A DNA stretch of 63,985 bases, from the NCBI GenBank assembly GCA_034780895.1, contig JAUZTB010000098.1, forward strand, positions 97,198,456-97,262,440. Direction: 5' to 3'. Positions 63,831 to 63,985 of the stretch are shown here, in pieces. Origin of the DNA: Rhynchobatus australiae (taxonomy: Eukaryota). Below the pieces are notes generated by a model. The model had not been told where the DNA came from. It ran no database searches and saw only the letters and a program-made list of their open reading frames with translations. Each line of letters begins with the position of its first letter. Within the stretch, counting starts at the first letter, position 1. Both the position numbers and the translations under genes were made by a program.

Positions 63831-63985
63831 TGAAATGCACAATAATCCAGTGCTCTGTGTGTGCACACTTCCCCTTTCCTGATATTGATTTCATTCTTAG
63901 TCAGCCATGGGGAATCTCTGACCTTCAACAACAATAATGTCAACAAGCAGCCAGAGCCACCACACTGTCACATTGAAGAATCTTG

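Noticed and set aside
1-63985. CRISPR arrays, rRNA or tRNA genes, operon-like systems, neighbouring genes such as ASTE1
   Set aside because: None seen. The tRNA-like A/B boxes belong to SINE heads, and the 33-bp triplication has no spacers.

Overview
Vertebrate genomic DNA from a gap-rich draft assembly. The repeat repertoire (V-SINE/HE1-like, Deu-domain SINEs, CR1, Rex1/Babar, RTE, L1, L2, Penelope-like, Harbinger) points to a shark or ray; this is an inference. The only recognisable host coding sequence is one 166-nt internal exon of the NIMA-related kinase NEK11 (50574-50739, + strand), so most of the window is probably NEK11 intron. Points of most interest: (i) Penelope-like terminal repeats carrying minimal hammerhead-ribozyme cores, including a fold-back copy flanked by a 15-bp target-site duplication (TSD); (ii) a decayed two-gene PIF/Harbinger transposon interrupted by a young CR1; (iii) a V-SINE subfamily whose 3' tail resembles the Rex1/Babar LINE tail; (iv) a candidate cryptic exon containing a CTCF motif; (v) inverted repeat pairs bracketing the NEK11 exon. 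I found no convincing new multi-gene system. Family assignments come from recalled motifs, not database searches, and boundaries of old repeats are approximate.
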